Positions 1 to 6,699 of a DNA stretch of 9,332 nt are shown here, piece after piece. The position numbers and the translations under genes were made by a program. The stretch lies in assembly GCF_006345805.1 (NCBI RefSeq), contig NW_021827971.1, forward strand, positions 1 through 9,332, read 5' to 3'. Within the stretch, counting starts at the first letter, position 1. Every line of letters begins with the position of its first letter. The DNA is from Octopus sinensis (lineage: Eukaryota). The notes under the pieces were generated by a model. That model searched no databases and was not told the DNA's origin. It saw nothing but the letters and a program-made list of their open reading frames with translations.

Positions 1-1169
1 TGTTTGGGATGTCCGGTGTAGCCTGACCCATGACGTTGGTCTTCTTGAGGCTGATAGCTAAGCCAAAGTCGTTACATGCCTGCTCAAAACAGTTGATGAG
101 CCTTTGTAGGGCTTCTTCTGTGTGTGATACCAGAGCGGCATCATCAGCAAATAGCATTTCCCTGTGCAGGACGCTTCTGATTTTGGTCTTGCCACGCAGG
201 CGCGAGAGATTGAGCAGTTTTCCGTCACGTCTACTCTGCAGAAACACTCCATCATCTGATGTCTGAAAAGCATGTGAGAGCAGCAGCGAGAAGAAGATGC
301 CAAATAATGTAGGAACAAGGACACAACCTTGCTTTACTCCGTTTTTTATTTGGAAGGCGGCTATTGTTGAACCATTGTGCTGTATGGTGCCTTGCATATC
401 ATCATGGAAAGATTTGATGATCCTCAGCAGCTTTGGTGGACATCTGATTTTTTGGAGCAGGATGAAGAGGTATTTTCTACTTACCAATGAAGCCCGTATG
501 TAATGGCATTTTCTGCTCTCTGGACTTCTCCTGAAGTTGGCGTATGGAGAATATCATGTCAATAGTTGATCTGCTCCTTCTAAAGCCACACAGCAATTTC
601 GGATAAATTCGAGAAGCAAGCAGTTGTACCCTGGGCAGGATAACGCGAGCAAAGGTCTTTCCAACAGTGCGTAGAAGAGATATTCCACGATAATTGTTAC
701 AATCACCACGGTCACCTTTGTTTTTGTAAAGCGTAATGATGTTAGCATCCCGCATATCTTGAGGAACTGTACCCTCCTCCCAGCACTGACACAGAAGCTC
801 ATGAAGGTGCCGAAGCAGGATGGTGTTTTTGCCGGCTGTGATGATCTCTGAGGGGATGCCGTCTTTTCCCGGAGCCTTGTTACTTGCTAGGGAGTCAATA
901 GCCTTGGTGAACTCTGCTATAGATGGTGGACTGTGAAGTTCTCACATGACTGGCAAGATCTTGACACTCTCGATTGCAGCCTCAGCTACCGTGGTCTCTC
1001 GTGAGTAGAGATCCTGGTAGTACTCCACCCATCTATCCATTTTCTTGCTTTGATCCTTGATGAGATTTCCAGTAGTTGATTTCAGAGGGGCTGACTTGGT
1101 TGCGGTTGGACCGAGGGCCTTCTTCAAACCGGCATACATCCCACGGGTGTCGCCACTGTCAGCAGCTGA
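1..1169 (-). mobile_element. RTE-clade LINE (non-LTR retrotransposon), 5'-truncated, inactive; linker plus reverse transcriptase region, continues past the left edge
   Basis: Manual minus-strand translation: SAADSGDTRGMYAGLKKALGP...MDRWVEYYQDLYSRE...PVM*ELHSPPSIAEFTKAIDSLASNKAPGKDGIPSEII...CQCWEEGTVPQDMRDANIITLYKNKGDRGDCNNYRGISLLRTVGKTFARVI...GFRRSRSTIDMIFSIRQLQEKSREQKMPLHTGFI, then a frameshift near 485, then VSRKYLF...GVKQGCVLVPTLF (GVKQGC at 323-340)...REMLFADDAALVSH (LFADD at 140-154)...FGLAISLKKTNVM, open to base 1. ORFs 942..1187 and 477..755 are the same frame, split by one TGA at 942-944. KAPGxDGI, NYRGISLL, GVKQGC and LFADD in this spacing are typical of RTE-clade RT. Confidence 0.95.
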
Positions 1170-1296
1170 CAAAAGAGACCAATGCAATAAGTACTGGGCT
1201 TACAAAGAATAAGTCCCGGGGTCGAGTTGCTCGATTAAAGGCGGTGCACCAGCATGGCCGCAGTCAAATGACTGAAACAAGTAAAATAGTAAAAGA
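1170..1296 (+). mobile_element. 3' portion of a SINE-like interspersed repeat (octopod type), 5'-truncated
   Basis: CAAAAGAGACC...AAGTACTGGGCTTACAAAGAATAAGTCCCGGGGTCGAGTTGCTCGATTAAAGGCGGTGCACCAGCATGGCCGCAGTCAAATGACTGAAACAAGTAAAATAGTAAAAGAG closely matches my recollection of a very abundant Octopus repeat. It ends in a short tandem tail (GTAAAATA, GTAAAAGA) followed by TA-rich sequence. Family name not verified. Confidence 0.75.
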
Positions 1297-1454
1297 GTAT
1301 ATATATACATCTATATATCAGAAATATTAAACTTCTAAATGTCTCGAAGAGACATGAGCGGTGGTGGGGCGAATGGGGTGGTTGTATACTGTCAACATAA
1401 CGTAACTGTTCCGTAAGGGAATTACAGCACCGCTGTTTAGCCCTCATATTGTGA

Positions 1455-1760
1455 GTATACATCCACTCTATATATATAAATATATACTGAAACATACATA
1501 CACATCTACATCCATATGTACATATAATATTCAGTTATTACTAATATTATTATTAATAATATTAGATTAGGTGTATTCTGCTATTCACAACAGATAGTAT
1601 ATGAAAAATAAAATATAGAATATAAATATAATATATAAAAGATGTTTATGAAAGATATAAGTATATTAATTTTACAATCAATATATCATAGAGTTATTAT
1701 AGTTATGTCAATATTATTCTGCATACATATTGGTAAACATTTCCTAAACATTTTATTCTT
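1455..1760. repeat. AT-rich low-complexity tract with degenerate (TA)n, (CATA)n and (TAA)n microsatellites
   Basis: Runs such as TATATATAAATATATA, ACATACATACACAT, TATTATTAATAATATT and AATATATAATATATAAAA are read directly. Confidence 0.8.
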
Positions 1761-4238
1761 TCATTTTTTAATTCCCAACCTGTTTTCCTTATCGTGTATA
1801 CGTCATAAATTTTCTTAACTCTTCTCTCTCTACACATATTCCTCAGTATATGATAATATACAAAGACCCTGACGGAGGAATAAGCAGAATTATTATTAGA
1901 TGCTCATGAAAATCATAAGAACTAATTTATGTTCTAGGCGATTATTTCCAATTAAATGGTTTGCATCACAGCATTAATCACTTCAAGTTTTAATCAAATA
2001 TTCAAATACTAAAGTGGATCGATTCATTCGATCAGTCCCATTTGTCAACAAATTTGGAACATTTTAACCATTTGAGGAATCCTAATGTAAAGCAAATAGC
2101 AATGTTTTGTTAATGTTATTCTTTAAACCTCGTAAATCTGAAGATGTGGAATGGCAAAGTCAATGTTCTGTTTAATAAGTTAGATATTTTCATCTTTCAT
2201 AATTTAAGCGCGAATTGAATGAAATCTGAGATAGATACCATGGACGTTCCGTTTAAGCTGCTACAGGCCAACATTTACTGGAATGATGAAGGGTTTGAAG
2301 TGTTTAGCACAGAGGTTCATACTGAAAACGAACTGAGGTTTAAGATCGAGGAGCAAAGGAATAGACGAGCGAGTCGGTAGTACCTGCTTGGTGGGGTCAA
2401 GAGCTCAGCAAACTTCTACAAGTAATCTGTAACTTGACAGTGACTGTGGCAAAACAAAGAGAAGAGATATCCTGCCTGCGAGATAGCTGTTAGAGTATGT
2501 CTGTTAGGGATAGAGTAAAATTTAGCCACGTCACCCTTCTTTCGATGCAATCCCGGATGTGTATCACCGTTCCAGATGTAGAAAGATTTCTTCATTGTGT
2601 GCTTCACTTGAGCATTGTAAATGGTCTGAAGTTATGGCTGCAAAGAGAAGGATTGGACTTTAAGATACCGTACTAGCTATACAAAGGATCTACTTTCGCC
2701 AAGAAAGATCTTCACTGCTAATAATGCTCTGCGAAGGTTAAGTTTTCAAGTAACATTGTGAGGGACACTTGCCTAATTTTCAGCACATCACAAATGGCCG
2801 TGTTTCAACACCATGTCCACGGCTATGCTGTATCCTTTCTCTGTCTCTAATGGCCTATTTCAATGGTAGTCTTAAAACACATCTCTGTTCAAAACCACCA
2901 CCTAGTAATTTTAAGTGCCTTTGGTGAGGTCCATATTGTCTTAAACATTCTTCAGTTGAAGAATACCATCTTTTCTCCTTCCCTCTAGACTTGGTCATCC
3001 TGTGAATCGGTTTCAAGCCTGCTTTACTCCTAATCGAAAGAAAATATGAAATCTGTCAGAATTCAATGCTATGAAAATATAAACCCGTTCTTGGTGTATA
3101 AACCATTTGAACTTATTCAAGACAATACTCTGGAAATATCGTCAGGCGAACGAAATAACTGGAGACGAACTGGGAGTCTTTTGACACACAGAATCCGAAA
3201 AGGACATCAATTTAATACGATCACATCTGAATTGTAAGATACTGGATCCACAGAATGTCTTTGTTTTGTTTTCGAATAAACCAGCTTATGAAGAACGTAC
3301 TAATATACATAGAAATTGCATTGTCTTCAAAGCTAGGATTTTTTGAACTTCTACTGAAAAGCTAGCAAATATCTCTAAATTTCTACAGACAGTTTACATT
3401 ATTGTTCATGCCTATTTTTTCATGAATTTGTGTTTGAATGGTTTTCATTAGTGCTGAACATAAATAGCCCAGCATCGTATTTAATCTGCCTTGATAAGAA
3501 GTGGATGTTGGATGATTTTCTCCGGCTGAACTAAAATCTGTTCATTCACATTAAAATACCCTGGGACTAATGCTCACTGCGGCCATTATTTCATTACCCG
3601 ATCTTTACACCAGACCTTTAATAAAATAATCGATAAACCATAATAGACATTCGTACTACATTTCCCAATATATTTCCCTGAAATATGAGGAAAATAGTGA
3701 ATATTGAGGGTTTGGGTATCTTGAAATCTAGACGTAATCCTAAAAAATGGATTCCACATTTGAATTGAGCAAAATTATTTAATAGAGAGGTACTCTTCTA
3801 TAGCTTGTTGTTGTATATGAGGATTTGATTTCAATTTCTGCTCGGAGTATCTCAAGAAGATTGTGTGGTGGAGCTTGTATGAAGTTATATGGCATACTTG
3901 TTTTGGAAGTTCAGCTGATGATCATAATATCCTGGGATCAATTCCTGAAATGAGTGACGTTATTACTTAGATCAAGTCATTTCATTTCACGATGTATCAG
4001 TCTACTGAACTTGAAATATAGTATCAACAGAGAGTTGGTTGTGATAGTTAGAAACAAGGGTGGGCAATACGAAAGGATGTCAATGTCGACTCGCGACTAC
4101 TTCGATAGCTAAAACAGTTAGTGAAATTAAGGTGCATGTTATGAACTCGTATTCCTTAGTGAATTATGCCCAGTTACGAATATGTGTGCTTTGAGAGAGT
4201 ATACTATATGCGATAGAATGGGGAACAGCCTCTAAATA

Positions 4239-4256
4239 TAGGGTTAGGGTTAGGGT
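4239..4256 (+). repeat. Short interstitial telomere-like repeat (TTAGGG, about 3 units)
   Basis: TAGGG TTAGGG TTAGGG T at 4239-4256. Confidence 0.8.
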
Positions 4257-4876
4257 ATGGTGAATATGGATAAAACATTGCCCTGGACCAAACACGGATT
4301 GCACTTTGGCAAAGCATAACACCCATACGTCTTTCAATTTACACATTGAGATGACGCCATAGGAAACAATATGACTGGCGTAGTCTTAGTTTGAACCTCA
4401 TTCATTCACCAACGGTAACATAGACATGGTGCTTGACAGAGGAACCTGTGTCATGTCAGTGGACAGAACCACCATGTTTCCAAACAGTATTACTACTGAC
4501 GTCTTCGGACCTATCAAACGTAGGTGTTATTAAGCTACCGAATTGCGTAAATGACTTATACTAAAATCAGTTCTTCATCTCGAATCGATTATCGTTTGGA
4601 TAACCAAGGGGCACATTAAACTGTGGAACCTCTCACGGCGCAGATTTCGAAAAATAATCTACAGACCTAAGCTGAAATCTCATCTGAAAGGAATTGTCTC
4701 CAGGACCCTTGTTACTGTCTCCTTCGACTTCTTCAACTTGAGGAACAAATAAAAATCACAGGGCGAGATATTTGCATAATGTATTCATACAGGTTTTTTT
4801 CTACGTTTCGTGTGTCTTTTCTGTCCATTAGTAGGATCATGAAGGATCTGTGGATCAGAGAGAGAGCATTTATTTG

Positions 4877-4910
4877 AATATATATACATGTACATACACA
4901 CACACACCAT
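4877..4910. repeat. Compound (TA)/(TACA)/(CA)n microsatellite
   Basis: AATATATATACATGTACATACACACACACAC. Confidence 0.85.
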
Positions 4911-4985
4911 AACATATACGTATATAAATGTTTATAACAAATGACATTTTAACGAGTATATCTTCAAGTTATAAGTCTATATATA

Positions 4986-5086
4986 TAGAGAGAGAAAGGG
5001 AGTGAGAGAGAAAGCGAAAGAGAGAATGAAAGAAAGAAAGAATGAAAGAAAGAAAGAAAGAAAGATTGAGAGAGAGACAGAGAGAA
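4986..5086. repeat. Polypurine compound microsatellite: (GA)n and (GAAA)n
   Basis: About 100 nt almost entirely A/G on the plus strand; (GAAA)n blocks at 5028-5064 interrupted by GAAT; (GA)n on both flanks. Confidence 0.9.
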
Positions 5087-5265
5087 TTAAGATTTTGAAT
5101 ATACAAATTCAATCGCATTATTGTCATTATTAGACTGTATATCTACGTTGCCAAAAAATAAACTGTTACATCGGTTGGGACCTAAAGGACATTTAGCATA
5201 AAACCTACCATCTGAAGAGACCAGACTTGCCATTCGCTATCTGCTTTGATATTATATCCCTTCTC

Positions 5266-5287
5266 TTAATATACATATGTATATTAA
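5266..5287. repeat. Perfect 22-bp palindrome
   Basis: TTAATATACATATGTATATTAA equals its own reverse complement; the flanking bases (C5265, T5288) do not pair. Confidence 0.9.
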
Positions 5288-5411
5288 TAGTAGCGGTATA
5301 CCAACAAAAGAATGAATGGGACCTCAGTATTATGTAAATAGAGGAATGTATCTGTAACATGTTATACCCCACATGTCAAGATCTGTAATTCGGTTTTTGA
5401 ATGCATACGGA

Positions 5412-5445
<34 letters not shown>

Positions 5446-5455
5446 TATATATATA
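5412..5455. repeat. (AT)n microsatellite with one AA interruption
   Basis: Alternating A/T from 5412 to 5455, with a phase break at 5438-5439. Confidence 0.95.
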
Positions 5456-5647
5456 GGACAGGCTTCTTTCAAACTGGAAGTATTATCTCGCATGACAATA
5501 CAGACGTAATACTGAAATAGTGTAAGAGATAAAAGATTGCTCTGGGCTCGCATTAGGCAAGAAGTTGGAAATTTTTTTGCCCATGACACTGCATGGACCT
5601 TGGTTTTCTATTTGACGACTGTTGCTTTAAATATTTTATTTCGATTT

Positions 5648-5679
5648 TATGTATATATGTATGTATATATTTATGTATG
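5648..5679. repeat. Degenerate (TATG)/(TA)n microsatellite
   Basis: TATGTATATATGTATGTATATATTTATGTATG. Confidence 0.8.
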
Positions 5680-5704
5680 AGTCAATGAAGCAGACCTCTT
5701 CAAT

Positions 5705-5755
5705 GTAGCTAGGTGAAATAGCAGCCAAATCTCCCTCAAAAACCTACTGTCTTAA
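5705..5755 (+). mobile_element. Possible short fragment of another octopod interspersed repeat
   Basis: GTAGCTAGGTGAAATAGCAGCCAAATCTCCCTCAAA...CCTACTGTCTTAA resembles a recurrent Octopus repeat segment from memory only; no intrinsic hallmark; strand uncertain. Confidence 0.35.
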
Positions 5756-6028
5756 TCCGAAAATTCTTGAATGAGAAACTCTAACTAAAGGTTAAGGTTA
5801 TTAACACCAAAATCTTACCTTTTTTAATAGCAATTGATTTCTCTCTTTTTTGCGTAGTTTTTCATGTCAGCTGCAAAAGTGAAGAGGGTTAACTTGGACG
5901 GTAGAAAGTAGTGGAGATGTTGTGTTGTATGTGGTGGGACGTTGACTGTTTCTTCTCCATAAGGATAAATGATTGAAAACGAATCTTAACACAATATATA
6001 TACAACTTCAAGTGGAATCGGACATCAT

Positions 6029-6061
6029 AAGAGAGACAGAGAGAGGAAAGAAGAGAGAGAA
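6029..6061. repeat. Degenerate (GA)n purine microsatellite
   Basis: AAGAGAGACAGAGAGAGGAAAGAAGAGAGAGAA. Confidence 0.85.
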
Positions 6062-6096
6062 TAAGTAGCAAACTTTATAAAAAAAAGTAATGAGTT

Positions 6097-6384
6097 GGAT
6101 TTGAAGGGTATCCGTTCACAATCCAGGAACAGGAAATATCAACCAAATACCTGATGCAAAAAAGGGACAAAGATGCAGGCAAAACAGTAAAGCGTGACAG
6201 CCGATGCAGATTACGTGGCGGTAACACTGAAGATATCACCCATATTACAAGCAGTTGTCCGAAAATGTCATCATGATATAATCTACTGATGTGACATGAT
6301 GTAACTAGGACACTGTATAATGAAATTCCTCGGAAGGTTAATTCCAAAGATAAAGAAATAAAATCCCACAATATGGTGCAAGCT
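6097..6384 (+). mobile_element. Internal fragment of an R4/Dong-like non-LTR retrotransposon (RLE type): CCHC zinc-knuckle region between RT and endonuclease; pseudogenised
   Basis: Plus frame 1: GFEGYPFTIQEQEISTKYLMQKRDKDAGKTVKRDSRCRLRGGNTEDITHITSSCPKMSS*YNLLM*HDVTRTLYNEIPRKVNSKDKEIKSHNMVQA. This fits the family pattern EG-x3-IQ(D/E)Q...C-R-x-C-x8-H-I-x-S-x-C-P...RH(D/N): Cys 6205-6207, second Cys replaced by Arg (CGT, 6214-6216), His 6241-6243, Cys 6256-6258, RHD with Arg replaced by TGA (6292-6294); second stop at 6274-6276. Confidence 0.8.
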
Positions 6385-6699
6385 AATGCACTTTATATAT
6401 GTACTTTATATACTTCATGTAAGATTTTATAGACATACTACACAGCAATCATAAAATAAATATTTAATATTTTTTCCACTTACCCCATAGAGAGAAAAAA
6501 ATTACATTTTAAATTTTACATGGTCACAAATTCATATCAAGAAAACAAAAATATTATAGTAAAAAAATTATTTTATAGGTAAAACATAGGGTTGAAAATT
6601 TAATGCAACATGGCATCGTCTGAAAGCCACATCGTTGGTAGTTCATAAGAAAGGCGGTGCATCAGAGCTTATACATATTTCAATTTGCGTACACCTTGC

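Noticed and set aside
30-503. Plus-strand ORFs 30..266 and 297..503; minus-strand ORFs 58..324 and 554..802
   Set aside because: Antisense or off-frame shadows of the RTE reverse transcriptase; the true frames carry the RT motifs.
1322-1355. 7-bp hairpin followed on the minus strand by CTGA-T, resembling a Helitron 3' end
   Set aside because: Spacing is longer than the usual 10-12 nt or so, and no Helitron sequence is adjacent.
1076-1495. ORFs 1076..1330 (+) and 1235..1495 (-)
   Set aside because: They cross LINE, SINE and microsatellite boundaries and have no recognisable domain.
2672-2711. Minus-strand weak hairpin (CTTTC/GAAAG) near CTAG-T, a candidate Helitron 3' terminus
   Set aside because: The stem is short and AT-rich and lies 4 kb from the helicase; such matches are expected by chance. 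It would be revived only if other copies share this end.
2716-2790. C**C-SAKVKFSSNI and HCEGHL as a decayed gag or ORF1 zinc knuckle
   Set aside because: The His and last Cys are absent or in another frame; too many assumed mutations.
3915-3990. Hammerhead-like cores CTGATGA (3915-3921) and GAAA (3947-3950) with a downstream hairpin (3947-3958/3976-3988)
   Set aside because: Stem II does not close between the cores and stem I cannot form.
5835-5910. Possible small exon after a polypyrimidine tract and AG
   Set aside because: Weak donor, stops nearby in all frames and no recognisable peptide; would need RNA-seq evidence.
4733-6071. ORFs 4733..4915, 5362..5589 and 5889..6071
   Set aside because: Built largely from microsatellite translation (CVCVC, IYIYI, LSLLSSL).
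6075-6371. 98-aa minus-strand ORF
   Set aside because: Antisense shadow of the R4/Dong-like fragment on the plus strand.
6304-6392. CTAG-T at 6304-6308 and hairpin GTGCA-AGCTAA-TGCAC (6376-6391) as Helitron terminus
   Set aside because: They lie within the retrotransposon fragment and are not at the right spacing from each other.
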